64,000 nt of DNA. It comes from Lama guanicoe (lineage: Eukaryota). The position numbers were made by a program, and so were the translations under genes. Location: contig MU054187.1 in assembly GCA_013239625.1 (NCBI GenBank), positions 8,280,358-8,344,357 on the forward strand, in the 5' to 3' direction. Shown one piece after another: positions 27,130-39,222 of the stretch (its first letter is position 1; every line of letters starts with the position of its first letter). The notes under the pieces were generated by a model, which was not told the DNA's origin, ran no database searches, and saw only the letters and a list, made by a program, of their open reading frames with translations.

Positions 27130-27310
27130 CGAGCATAGCGTGAGCACCTGCTATATAAGTGATAAACACGGGCAAATCCACATGCAATCCTACGGACTCT
27201 GCATCAGACTCAGGTCGCATTACTGCCCCTAGTATCTCCTGGACAGTTTCCCAGCTCACCCTCTAGATTGTTAAGTAATCTGTCCAAAGAGACAGAGCCA
27301 GAAAAGGCAG
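27130..27310 (-). mobile_element. MIR, diverged
   Basis: tgagcacctgctatat...gttaagtaatctgtccaaagagacagagccagaaaaggcag. Confidence 0.55.
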
Positions 27311-27815
27311 TACATCTGTCAGTAAGTTTTGGTGCTTTAGCAGCTAATTATTGGCAAAACAGCAGTAATAATAACAATGACAGTGCAGTGCCTGAAAATG
27401 GCACAGCCTGGGCGGAAAGAGACGTGATCCTCGATGGAGGAGACACCTGTCAAAGGCAAGTTCAGGGACCATGTTGGCTGCCTTGCTCATCCGTTTAGTC
27501 GACGACTAAGAGGGGCAAGGATTCACCTTCTCTCCACCTGTCACACCAGCAGTGGTTTCACACTGTCTGAGGCAGTGGGCCCTCAGCTGTGGTTTGCGTT
27601 AGTAACATAAGATTCATCTCCATGGTTCCCTGATCATTTCTAGAGACAATTATGTATATTTTTACAGCTTGGCTGATTTTATTCATGGATTCCACCCAAT
27701 CGTTGACACATCGCAAGTGGCATAAGTCCACATTTTGTGAGGTACATCAATATCTCACAGCTGTGAAGCATCACATCCCAGAGTAGAAAGGTCTTTTTTA
27801 AGTGATATGCATCTC

Positions 27816-27887
27816 CTGATCTTGGACTTTCAGCCTCCAAAACTGTGAGGAATAAACATTTGTTGTCTAAGCCAAAAAAAAAAAAAA
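27816..27887 (+). mobile_element. MaLR LTR fragment ending in poly(A)
   Basis: tgatcttggactttcagcctccaaaactgtgaggAATAAAcatttgttgtctaagcc followed by A14. Confidence 0.85.
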
Positions 27888-28349
27888 GATGTGTGTCTAT
27901 GGCAGTCCGGCTCAGAGCACCCAGCGGTGCGCTCCTGTTGCTGATGGAAACCCCTGGCAGCCTCACTGGTCCTTGCTGGCCGAGGCCCCACGGAGGTCCC
28001 CTGGGACAGCACAGCTGCAGGGTGGCGGTGGGTCTCACCGCGGGCGTCAGTGCCGGTGGGCCGTGCAGGCTGCAGAGAGCAATGCGCTCGGGGAGCAGGA
28101 GGACTTACAAATAAATCCGCAGGAAACATGGTCTATTCTCTAGTATTTTTTTAGGACAGAATAATTAACTCCCTTTAGGCACCACCTTCTCAAGAAAAGT
28201 TTCCACAGAAGGTATAATATGTAAGCTGGATTTTTAAGGAAAAATAAGAATTCACAGGTGGCAAAGTGGGTGAAGGCCCAGCAGACGCAAAAACATAAAG
28301 GTACTGGAATGCTCCCAGCCTTTGTTGAGATGAGCTGCGGGTTTACAGC

Positions 28350-28900
28350 CATTTCTATGTGAGATCATACTATTCATCAGTTTGTGAGGGGCTTTTTCTT
28401 AAGTGTCATGTCAGGATTATATTTAAGATTCTTGAAATACCATTTTTAAAAATTGTATTGTCTTATGCAGAAGGGCCCCAATTTATTTAATCATTTATTT
28501 ATTATGGGCATTTAGGCTTTTTCCCAATCTTTCTGTCTTATAGACAAGGATCCAAAGAATATCATCGTATATAAATTTCCATCTGATTTTCTGATAACTT
28601 ATTTAGAGTATGTTGCCAGAAGTGGAAATACTCAGCAAAGGGCCGTGGAACTATATGAACCTCCGGCTGTATGTTGACAAACTGCTTTTCAGAAAAGGTT
28701 CTGTCATCTGACTTTCTGTCCACCTGTGTCAGAGAGTGCTCGTTTCACTAAACCATTTCCACTTTGGGGCATTAATTGCATCACAACTTGCTAATGTGAT
28801 TGAGGTAAAATAGCATTGTGGTTTACATTTTTATTTCTTTGAATATTTTCTTCCTGGTTGTAAAATAGTCATTTGTTCGTTGTATGTAGTCACACCTTCT
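28350..28900 (-). mobile_element. Old L1ME-like fragment
   Basis: aatttatttaatcatt...atgggcatttaggctttttccca...agaagtggaaat...caaactgcttttcagaaaagg. Confidence 0.75.
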
Positions 28901-29289
28901 TCTTTTGCAAAAGTTGCTCTGACAGGGAGAATGTCAATTTCTATACTGTTTCTGTCTATAATCTAAAGAGTGGGAAAAAGTACATTTTGACCAGGTCTAA
29001 AGGGATGTGGAGGAGGAGGAAAGGGGAGGGACGATTCCCAGGCGTCTGCTGGTGCTGGACTAGTGGAGGTGTGAGTCTGTTGTCTGCTAAGGCCCTGGGC
29101 ACGATCTGGAAGCAGAAGGATGAGAAAAGAAGACTTGACATTGCTCTGCATGACACTGCAATGCTCCACATTGCCAGCAGAAAAAGTCTCCTCTTCCTCA
29201 TTATCTAAAAAGAACTGTCCGCCTTTGGGTGATGGGGGGGGGGCGCATAGTCTCACCACAACTATATAAGTCAAAATTTACATGGTCAA

Positions 29290-29755
29290 TGTGACATGTG
29301 ACAGGAACTGAACTCAAAGTCGCTGAAGCAATAACAAGCATTTGTTGGCGTCAGTATCTGAGACGTGAGGGCTCTGTCCAGGAATGCAGCCAGTGAGCAC
29401 AAGCTCTGTTCTTTGCTTGCTCTGTGTTCAGGCTTTATTTTCCTCTAGACTGGCTTCCCTTTCAAGCAGGTTTCTCCCCACGCACCTGTCCACATGGCCC
29501 TCACCAGCTCCAGACTTTCAGGGCCCTCAGTCTCTAAGCTCAAAAGAAGAGGGTGCCTCTTTTCCAATTATTTCAGGAAAAGCCCAGAGAGGACTTTGAT
29601 TGGTCCATCTCAAAAGATTTACCCATATCTGTACCAGTCACCACAGCTAGAGGATGTAGCACTCTGCCTACTCTCAGAGCCAGAGAAGAGAGTCAGCCCC
29701 ATTTGGACGACCTGAGCTAGGAATGGGAGCCCTGAGGCCCCTAAAAGGATGCTGA
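29290..29755 (-). mobile_element. Old MaLR LTR (MLT1J/K-like)
   Basis: gtgacaggaactgaactcaaa...atggccctcaccagctccagac...ggactttgattggtcc...gtcagcccca. Confidence 0.65.
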
Positions 29756-29757
29756 GA

Positions 29758-29940
29758 CAGTGATGTGCTAGCAGGTGTTTAACAGCTGGCTCTCTGGAGC
29801 AGGGAAAAGCCCTGACGTGTCACAATGGCAGATTGTCATGGTATAAACACTCCCACTACGACTACCTTATTACAAACTACCAATAAGACATATCTGAAGG
29901 AAGAGTTGGGAAGAGATACACTGGCTCCCTCACACCACTG
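29758..29940. mobile_element. MER63-type non-autonomous hAT DNA transposon
   Basis: Terminal inverted repeats cagtgatgtg...cacaccactg; internal tgtttaacagctggctctc, aaagccctga, taaacactcccac, gagttgggaagagat. Confidence 0.85.
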
Positions 29941-30501
29941 TAGTTGGACCAAAAAGAAGACTCAAGCGAAAAGCACCAGATCCCACCTGAATCGTCCTAC
30001 TGAATCTCCCAACCCCACTCCATACATACTCCATACATTTCATACACAACAAAATATTCCTAGAGTCAGTTAGACTGATAAACTGGACTTTAGGAAATTT
30101 CATCTCAGCTGATACCCCAGTATGGAGAAGAACATGGAACCAGGAGATGGAACCACTAAATCCTGTGACAGAGAGTAGAGTTTTCCTAAACTGGGGTGGA
30201 GATTTGGTAGATAATCTGTAAAATCATACATTTTCTGAAGCTCATCAGTAGGCTGAGATCACAAGGTAAGTTGCTGCTGAGAGAGGAGTGAAAGCAGAAA
30301 CCATCCGGAAGGGAGGAAAGACATGTGAGCACGGGACCTTGCTCACACAAAGCAAAACTCTGCTGCAGTTGGTTAAGACTGAGGCAGACCCCTCCACTGA
30401 GAGGTCCATCACACGCCTCACACTGAGTTACAAGTCAAGTCAGCTCTTCCCACTGAAGGAAGAGCAAGCATGAAAAGTGACTCCTTAGATAATTAAGTTT
30501 A

Positions 30502-30680
30502 TACTGTATAGTGCAGGGAACTATATTCGAAATCTTATAGTAACCTATGTTGAAAATGAATATGAATATGAATACATGTATGTTCATGTATGACTGAAGC
30601 ATTGGGCTGTACACCAGAAATTGACACAACATTGTAAACTGACTGTACTTCAATAGAAATATATATACAAAAAAAAAAAA
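30502..30680 (+). mobile_element. Camelid-type L1 3' tail
   Basis: tactgtatagtgcagggaactatattc...tatgttcatgtatgactgaagc...gctgtacaccagaaattgacacaacattgtaaactgactgtacttcaat then poly(A). Confidence 0.92.
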
Positions 30681-32113
30681 GAGCCACAAGCACACACTAT
30701 CTGCTGAATGCTAAGAGTAGAGTGGGAATACTGAGAAAACCACAATCCCAGACTACTCACAAGCACAGCAAAGCAGGAGCCCACCGCGGAAAGAAATGGA
30801 AGATCATGCCACGAGGAAGGTAATAACACCAGCAGCGTACCTCAAACCCAACTCAAGAACGAACGAGCTTGACTCAACCGCCCACACGAACAACTTGAAA
30901 GAAGACAACGCCCATTTCCAGACAAGAACAGTATTCACCTCCCTCTCTTTTGTTCTTCTACATGTGGTGTGCAGCACGTCATAAAAAAATTATAAGATAC
31001 ACATAAAATCAAGGGAAAAATGATCAATGCATTGTTAGAAGATGGCAGAACCAAACCCAGAGATGCCCCAGATGTTGGCCCTATCATACAGAGACTTTTA
31101 TATAACTATGATTAATGTGTTCAAAGATCCAGTAGAAAATACAGACAACGTGCCTGGACACATGAGGAATTCAGCAGGAAGATGGAAATGATAATTAAAA
31201 GTAAAAGAGAAATGCTAGAAATAAAAATTATCCCACAACAGAACTTTGGCATTCATAGAGCAAAACCCGATAGTACTGCAAAGAAAACTAGACAAATCTA
31301 TAATTAAAGTTAGAGATTTCAACACTTCCCTCTCAGTAACCAGTAAATAAAACAAGTAGGCAGAAAATCAGTAAAGGTATTGGAGATCAGAACACTACCA
31401 AAGAAGCTGACATAACAGACATTTATAGAACACTCTATTCACCCCAAAACAGCAGATACACATTCTTTCCAAGGGCACCTGGAACTTTTAGCTAGACAGG
31501 ACCATGTTCTCAGATAAAAACAAATCTCAATAATATAAAAGGAATGAAATCATTAAAGATGTGTGTGTTCTCTGACCACAATGGAATTCACTAGAAATCT
31601 GTAACTGAGAGATACCTGAGAAACCTCCCCATATGTTTAAAAAGTAAATAATACACTTCAAAATAACCCACCAATTCAAGAAGAAAAGAAGGAAATTATA
31701 AATATTTTGATGTAAATCCAAGAAAAACACAACATATCAATATTTATTGAATGCAGCTGAAATGGTGCTAGGAGGGAAATTTGTATCAGTAAGTACTTGC
31801 TATCATTAAATATTAGAATATAGAGTTTAGAAATAGACTCATGTGTAACTTCTCAAATGATTTTGACAAAAGTGCCAAGATAATTTAATGGAGGAAAAAA
31901 TTCAACAAATAGTTCTGAAACAACTTACATTATATTTTAAAAAGAGAACTTCAACTCTTCCATTGCATCATATATAAAAATTAGCTCAAAAGGAATCATG
32001 GAACTAAATGAAAGTGTTAAAACTATAAAACTTCTAGAAGAAAAATACATAAGTCCTTGGTGTGGGAAAGATTTCTTAGATAAGATACAAAAAGCACAAA
32101 TCATAAAAAGAAA

Positions 32114-32196
32114 ATTTTTTAACATTTTTTACTGAGTTATAGTCATTTTACAACATTGTGTCAAATTCCAGTGTAGAGCACAATTTTTCAGTTGTA
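32114..32196 (-). mobile_element. Young camelid-type L1 3' tail
   Basis: ttttttaacattttttactgagttatagtcattttacaacattgtgtcaaattccagtgtagagcacaatttttcagtt; flanked by cataaaa(a/g)gaaa at 32102-32113 and 32197-32208. Confidence 0.9.
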
Positions 32197-32514
32197 CATA
32201 AAAGGAAATATTAATAAATTAAACTTTATCAAAATTAAAACTTCTGCTCTTTTAAAGCACTCTTAAGTAACAGGGGGGAAAAAAAAGCCACTCACTAGGA
32301 AAACCTATTTGCAGAATATCTGATAAATGATTTGTATCCAGAATATACAACAGGGAATTCTTACAGCTCAATAAAAAGAGAACAAACAATCAAATCTCTA
32401 AAAATGGCAACAAATTTGGACACTTCACCAAAGAAGAGACATCAATGACAAATAAGTACAGGCAAAGATGCTCAACATTAATGCTCATTTGGGAAAGAAA
32501 ATTAAGATCACAAG

Positions 32515-33147
32515 TGCTCAGGAAAGGGTTAACTCAGCAAGCCTGGACTGCTCAGACCTTGCACATCCCGAAGAAAGGCCTGTGTTCAGGACTGACCCTT
32601 GGACCCTTCCATGGGATACTCTGCCTGGTAAGAGTGTTTCTGTATGTCTGAACCCTTAAGTCATGCTGTACATGTGGTGAACACCTGATTTTGTATGTTC
32701 AACCCCTGGGCTAGGCTGTCCCAGTCTGACCAGGTAAGTTTATCCTGACAATGTGATTTGTAGGAAATTCCTGGTTTTGCTTTGGGGCATGGGACTTGGG
32801 TCGGAGTAGCTGAGGTCAGTCAGCCAGGTGCTGCATGGTTATGCTACTGACCCCCAAGAGGACTCGGGACACCAAGGTTCAAGTGAGCTTCCCCAGTTGG
32901 CAACATTTTGCATATGTCACACTTCGCTGGGAGAATTAAGCATATTTCCATGTGACCCCACTGGGAAAGGAGAAATTTGCACATGGTCTCTCCTGGACTT
33001 CACCCCATGGGCCTTTGCCCTTTGTTGATATTAGTATGTATTCTCTCACAGGATAAATTATAACCCTGAGTAAAAGAGTTTTTCAAGTCTTGTGAGTCCA
33101 TCTTGCAAAACAGTAAGTCCAAAGTGATACTGGGAATTCCTGAAGCA
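32515..33147 (+). mobile_element. Solo ERVL LTR, MER77-like (MER68/MER21 group)
   Basis: TG...CA ends; starts tgctcaggaaagggttaactcagcaagcctgg; contains gacaccaaggttcaagtgagcttcccc; splits the L1 motif cacaa|tgag. Confidence 0.8.
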
Positions 33148-33339
33148 ATGAGGTAACACTACACACCAACTCAAATGGCAGAAACTAAAGCGAATGATAT
33201 ACTAATTGACAGCTGCCAATTTGGCAAGGATTGAAAGCAATCGGAACTTTCATAGATTGTTGGTGAGAATGCAAAATGGTACATACAGCTTCTTTGGAAA
33301 CAGTTTGACAGTTTCTTATAAAGTTAAATACACTTATCA

Positions 33340-34027
33340 TATGATCCAGCAATCCCACTCCTGGGCATATATCTAGAGAAAACTCCAATTCAAAAAGATA
33401 CATGCACCCCAGTGTTCACAGCAGCACTGTTTACAAGAGCCAAGACATGGGAGCAATCTAAATGTCCATTAACAGATGACTGGACAAAGCAGTTGTGAGA
33501 TAGACAGACAGACAGACAGACATAGATACAGACCATGAAATACTACTCAGCCATAAAACAGAATGAAATAATGCCATATGTTGCAGCAACATAGATGGAC
33601 CTAGAGATGACCATACTAATTGAGGTAAGTCAAAGACAAGTATCATGTGATACCATTTGCATGTAGAATCTAAAAAAATGACACAAATGAACTTACAAAA
33701 CAGAAAGAGACTTACAGACACAGAAAACAAATTTCTCGTTACTAAAGGGGGAAGGGGGAGGAGAAGGATAAATTAAAACCTTGGGATTAACAGATATAAA
33801 CTACTATATATAAAATGGCTAAACAACAAGGTCCTACTCTATAGCACAGGAAAAAATATTTAATACTTTGTAAAACCTATAATGAAAAAGAATATGAAAA
33901 AGAATGTGTGTCTATATATACATATATATTTGTGTATGTGTATGTGTGTATGACTGAATCACTATGCTGTACACCAGAAACTAGCATAACATTATAAGTC
34001 AACTATACTTCAATTAAAAAAAAAAAA
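33340..34027 (+). mobile_element. Younger cetartiodactyl-type L1 3' end (ORF2 C-terminus remnant, 3'UTR, poly(A))
   Basis: From 33340 translates YDPAIPLLGIYLEKTPIQKDTCTPVFTAALFTRAKTWEQSKCP (L1 ORF2 C-terminus); 3'UTR aaacaacaaggtcctactctatagcacagg...gctgtacaccagaaacta...tatacttcaat then A12. Confidence 0.95.
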
Positions 34028-35591
34028 GGGAGGGGGGAGAAACCCTGCTTCTCAGTGTGCTGTGGTGGAACCCTAAAGGAACCAAGCAGCTCTCACCAGG
34101 GAAGCATTTGAGTCACACACATTTCTTTGTTCCATGTCTTCCACAACATAGGAGGGCTTCATTCAATTCCTTGCAATGAAGGGGTTCTCTTTGCTGCAAG
34201 ACAGCATAGCTAGAAGTTTAGATCATAAGCTGTGGAAGCAGAATTCGCAGGATTAAAGGCCAGTTTTGCTATCTGCTGTATTTTTGCAAAGTTAGTGTCT
34301 TTCCATGTGGAATGGGGAAAGTACATCTTTGATAGGGGCACTTTGGGGATTCACTGAGATAACATTCATAAAGGTCCCAGCACAGCTCCCGGCACAGAGG
34401 AAAAGGCACAGTGAAGGTGAGCTCTCTTTTGATTAGCTGTGTTCTTTCTCCCTCTGTCCCATCGTGACTGAGTGCTTGCACTTCACTGAAAGTTTACAGC
34501 ACGTCAGCTCACACTGGCTAGCACATCGAGGATGGCAACGTGGAGGTGCGTGTCCTGGTGCCCACTGGGGCCTTGCTGGTAGGGAGAGGCAACTCCCTCA
34601 GCATCTCTGGCCATGCTGAGAATAAGGGGCTGCAGGTAACCCTCCCTGACCCCGCAGTTCCGGAATTATCCCATCCGGTGCCCGTGATTGACGGAGAGCC
34701 TTCTCAGCAGGCTGTGCTCTTGTGCTCTGTGCAAAGACGAACCATTAGTTTTCATCTCATCCTGTCATCAGGGTCCCTCAATAACCCCTTGATGCTTCCT
34801 TCCACTTACATATGAGCTGCAAGTTCCGAGAGCCTGGACACCACCCTCATTCCGGCTTCATCATGCTGTGATTTCTCACCTATTGAGAATTGTTCTATTT
34901 GGGTATCATTCCAGCAGCTGGCTTCCTCCTGCTCTTTTTATTTCTCTTGTTTGCTTTACAAATTAGAGAGAAAAATTCTTTCCTCGTTTTTTATTTCTGT
35001 CATGGGGCCGGGGGCTGGGAGGACGCCGGTCTTCAAATGTATCTTTCTAGATGCCCAGAAAACAGGACATCTCAGGGAACTGCAGGATTTGCTTTTAAGC
35101 TGAAGTACACCTGAGATTGTACCTGCTGGGTTTCTGGGCTGTAAATAAATACTAAACAAGTGGTTATTTCACCAGGATTTTAACTACAGGCTTATTTGCT
35201 TCTGTGAAATTCTAAGTGAGGCTCATTTTTGAAATGACTGGTGAAGAGAGACTTCAAACCCTGTATTCTAAGCAAATGGTACAGCCTCCCAAGGCCATCC
35301 GCCATCTGCCAGCCAAGTGTCTAAATTGCTGCAGCTCAAATCCCACTCCAGTAAACAACATTAACCAAAAGGTTCACTTTGCCGAATCATTTTCAAGTCC
35401 TGGAAAGCGGTCCACGCTGACATTCAGTGTGGCACAGAGGGGAAAAACATCATTTTAGAGAAAGGGTGACCTGCGTCTGAGTGACGTGCGGAAAACTTGA
35501 GGATTAAAAATAATAAAATCATACAAATCCTGCTTTGGGGGAACTTACTCCTTCCTGACCCTGGGCCTGGTACCTACCAATACCTCGCTGA

Positions 35592-35742
35592 GTTCTCAGC
35601 ACGACCCTTTGAGGTAAGCGCTGTCATTACCTAGCTCTGCAGATGACAAAAGTGAGGCTCTGAGAATTTCAACGACTTAACCTAAACTCACACAGATGGT
35701 AAATGGCAGAACCAGATTCAAACTCTGTCCTGCCTGAACCCC
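35592..35742 (-). mobile_element. MIR SINE
   Basis: ccctttgaggtaag...gcagatgacaaaagtgaggctctgaga...cacacagatggtaaatggcagaaccagattcaaac. Confidence 0.85.
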
Positions 35743-36308
35743 AGGTGCTCTGAGCCAGTGGTCTCCTCAGCTGGGACCAGACAACTGCACTTCCTCAGCC
35801 GAAGAGGCATCCTCCCAGGAGCCTGGAAGAAAAAACAGAAACTGCTGGCTTCACCCTGAGAGATGCTGATTGAGAGGGTCTCAGATGGGAGCCAAGGAAT
35901 TCCGAGGGGAACGACAGCCTAGCATCTACTCGGTAATAACCCCTAGATTCTGGATTTGCATGAGAAGATTGCAGGAGGCGTCTCTAGACTGTGGCTGCAA
36001 AAGGGAGAGAGGCTGCTGGGCCTGGGGTCCAAGACACAGGCTGTCATCATTTGAGCACGTTGCTTGATTGTGTCGTACCTCAGCTTCACACATCTGAGAC
36101 ACATGTCGTGACATACACTCCCTGAATCTTCTAGTATCTTCTAAGGTTGCAATGGAGATGACAAAAGATACGGTTGAATGCTGTCCACACACAACTCACA
36201 CACACACATCATTGCAGTGTTCTATTTCTTATTCCCTGGGTGGAGAAGAATTCAGTGCTCTATCTAGAATAACAAAGATCCCGTTTTTACCCTATATTTT
36301 TGTTGAGG

Positions 36309-36690
36309 TGTGACGGACTTACAATATTATATTGCAAACCTCCCTCCCCAAGCCACAGTCAGTGCCTTTGCTTCCAGCAACCAGCACCTATGGTTCTTCT
36401 AAAGGCTGCCCTGCGACAACGGAGTCTGCTTTGTCCTCAGGGGCTTACCTGTGCGGAGGGAGGCCCTCCCTGGCTCAGGTCAGGGCAATCCTGAGGCTCA
36501 CCTACCCTGCAGAGCCCCACCGCAGGATCAGGACTCCAGGATTTAACATGAGAGCAAAGGCTTGCGTGCTTCCTCCCCGTCTCCTGTCCCATCCTGCTCT
36601 CTTCCACACCGGCCTCTCCTGGGAGCCCTTCGGTAATAAATTTCACAGGAATCTTCCACTTAAGACCTGCTTTCACTGAACCTCTAGGTT
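36309..36690 (+). mobile_element. ERVL LTR, LTR16-like
   Basis: tgtgacgg start; cagagcccc...caggatcagg...tctcctgggagcccttcggtaataaa...ctgcttt. Confidence 0.65.
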
Positions 36691-37687
36691 TTCCCCTGCA
36701 AAGTCTGAGAGCAGTGCCCTTCCACCCGGGACCACCAGCACGGACACTCTCACCGTTTCCCCTCTGTCCTTCCTTCTCCCCAAGTCCAGTGCCATCTTCC
36801 AATCTGAGGTTGTGATGGAGTTTTAGATGCTCAGCCTGGTCTTCAACATTTTTTTCCCTGTTTTTTAGTGCAAGACAAGGCCCAGGGCACTGGGGAAGGG
36901 GGCGGGGGCAGGGGTAGACCGCGGGCTATTTGCTTGGTAACGGCCACGACTCTTCCCAGAGGCAGTGAATGAAATAGCTGCTTAAATGGGAGGAAAAGGA
37001 AAAGAGGAGAAATAGATGGGGGTGATACTAACTAGTATTTCCAAAATATTATTATACCACGTAACTCAGTGTCACAAATTTAATGGTGAGAGTAATAATA
37101 GAAATCTCTTTTCTAAATGTTCATTAAAACTGATCACTTATTGTAACCGAATGCATTGTCCTAAGGTGAATCTGGACCTTGAAATGTTATTACCCTCCAC
37201 AGAGAGACTTATTTTTTTAAAAACTGGCCTGAGATTGGGCTAGGCTACGGACATTCTATACGTGCTTTTCAAGACCAGTCTTCATGTGTCAGCAGATGCT
37301 GATGTCAGTTGATCGAGTGATGAGCTCCTTGGCTTGGCAGGACCAGTCTCTCTCTCAAGTGGAGAAAAGATTTTCCCAGAGAGAACGAACATTTCTGACG
37401 TCAGTGATTCTAGGAAATGATCGCGTCTACGGCAGGAAACGAAGACTGTGGGCAGAGGTATTAACCTGGGGGCTGCTAGGTGCTGCTGGGCCTGAACTGT
37501 GTGGTCTGGAGACACCTGGAACACTTGGACGAGCGGGGGCAGGCCCTGAATTGCTGCTGCCCCGGTGAAAGCAAGCTGGACAAGGCGGGACAAAGGCAGC
37601 TGGACCCCGGGCATGGGTCTCAGCCTGTGCGGTGTTCTGTGTGCTGTATTTCCTTACGTAATGGGAGTGACACTTTAAATCTCCTAG

Positions 37688-38266
37688 TGTAAGTTATCTG
37701 TTTTCTTTCCTGCTTCCTTTCTGGTATGACATTTATCACTCCATTTATGCACTGGATGGTGCATAAACCAGATTCCGTGTCTGCGCTGCCCTGTGACCAC
37801 ACATTGGTCTTGTAACTGGCCTGTGAAGCCCTCAGTAGGACTCATCCCCTTCCGTGGGTCACACAGCCACTTGTCTCTGTGACTACAGTCAGTGTCCCCT
37901 TCTCCTTTCCTGTTGCACTGAGGTGGGGGCACACTAGGACTCACCTGGCATTCATGTCACTGTCCAAGCTCCACGGGACTAGCTGTGACCCACAGGGTGC
38001 TGGAGCCAGTGGATGAAGCTTATCCCTTCTCTCCCTGGGACAGACTGTCAGAAATACAGTCCCTTCATTAATCCTCCCAGGAGATATCCCAGGAGACCAA
38101 GAAATGGTCTTGCCATTAAGCTCAACGACATAGTCCCCTGTAGTTCTCCGCCTCTTTCCCTGTGTCATTCACCTTTCCCTTTCTCCCACTTCTTTGGGAT
38201 TGCGTTTCCCAATCAAACATCCATTTGGTCCTAAGATCTGCTTTCTAGGGGGACAAGCCTGACACA
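37688..38266 (+). mobile_element. ERVL LTR, LTR33/LTR41-like
   Basis: 3' end ttctttgggattgcgtttcccaatcaaa...tctgctttctagggggacaagcctgacaca resembles old ERVL LTR ends; 5' boundary approximate. Confidence 0.55.
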
Positions 38267-38354
38267 GTCACCCCAAAAGTCCATCCTAGGAAAACGGAGG
38301 AGGTGAAACAAGAGATCTGACCAGATGGGGGAAGAAGTCAGAGACAGACTCGTA

Positions 38355-38602
38355 CGATGAAAACATGAACTCTGGAGCCAGGCTGCCTGGATTCAAATCC
38401 TCGCTCCACCCTTTCCTAGCAAGGTGACCTTGGGCACGTTATCCAGCTCTTAACGCATACATCTCTAATGTGCAAAAACAGAGGAATAATAGACCATGCT
38501 TCACAGGGCTGTTGTGAAGACTGAGTGCGTTAATTAGGGGAAAGTGCCTGATACACGGGCAGAGCAACATCAGTCATCACATTATCACCATCATCATCAT
38601 CA
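38355..38602 (+). mobile_element. Near full-length MIR with (CAT)n tail
   Basis: actctggagccaggctgcctggattcaaatcc...gtgaccttgggcacgtta...cacagggctgttgtgaagactgag...aaagtgcctgatacac. Confidence 0.9.
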
Positions 38603-39222
38603 TTTTAAGGCCACGATGGTGCTGGGAGAAAGAGGGAGGGGGAAGAAGAAGAGCAAGGGATTAGCTACCAGCATCCTTACTTTCGACCCGCACCAAACAA
38701 GGGAAGAGGAGGCTGGGGCTGGTATAACCCAAGATGGGTGGGCCAAAAGGGTTTGAGGGAATCTAAGAACATGGCAGCCGGGGCCCCAGTCCCCTGCAGC
38801 ATTGCACAAATAAGTTGGCAGCCTCTCCAGGAGCATTCAGTGCAGTCCCACAGTGTGGCTCTGGTCGGGGAGCGCAGCACCAGCGGTCGGGGGGGGGGGT
38901 AGATGGAGCGCCCAGCCCAGAGCAGCCCGCCTGTGCCTTGCAGGGAATCCAGAAACGCCAGCTTTGGCAGGGGTGGAGGGCAGGACCCAGGTACAGGAAT
39001 AGCGGTGCAAAGAATTCTGAGAGGATGGGGGGAACCAGAAGATTGTTGGGGACGAGACTGTCCAGTGGTACAGGACACTGAGAGCTGAGCTATGGCAGAT
39101 ACTGTCGCCTACATCTGGGGCTGTCAGCAGACAGACCAGGGCAGGACCAGACTTCAGCAGGCACTAGCACCAAACACCCACTGGATCTGCAGAAGAAGGG
39201 GATTTCAGAGGAAGTTGGCCAT

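Larger units (their letters stand above)
30240..33339 (+). mobile_element. Old L1M element (5'/ORF1, ORF2 endonuclease and ORF2 3' pieces), interrupted by three insertions
   Basis: ORF1-like gagacttttatataactatgattaatg; EN-region agagatttcaacacttccctctcag, gacatttatagaacact, ttctctgaccacaatggaatt; 3' region atatctgataaatgatttgtatccagaatata. Confidence 0.85.

Noticed and set aside
33458..33730. Hydrophobic minus-strand ORF
   Set aside because: Antisense reading of the L1 3' region
6215..34027. Recurring gctgtacacc.gaaa...acattgtaaa motif suggesting an array or novel repeat system
   Set aside because: Dispersed, irregularly spaced, on both strands and A-tailed: these are L1 3' termini, not CRISPR or tandem repeats
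38544..38756. ORF with a poly-His run
   Set aside because: The His run is the (CAT)n tail of a MIR
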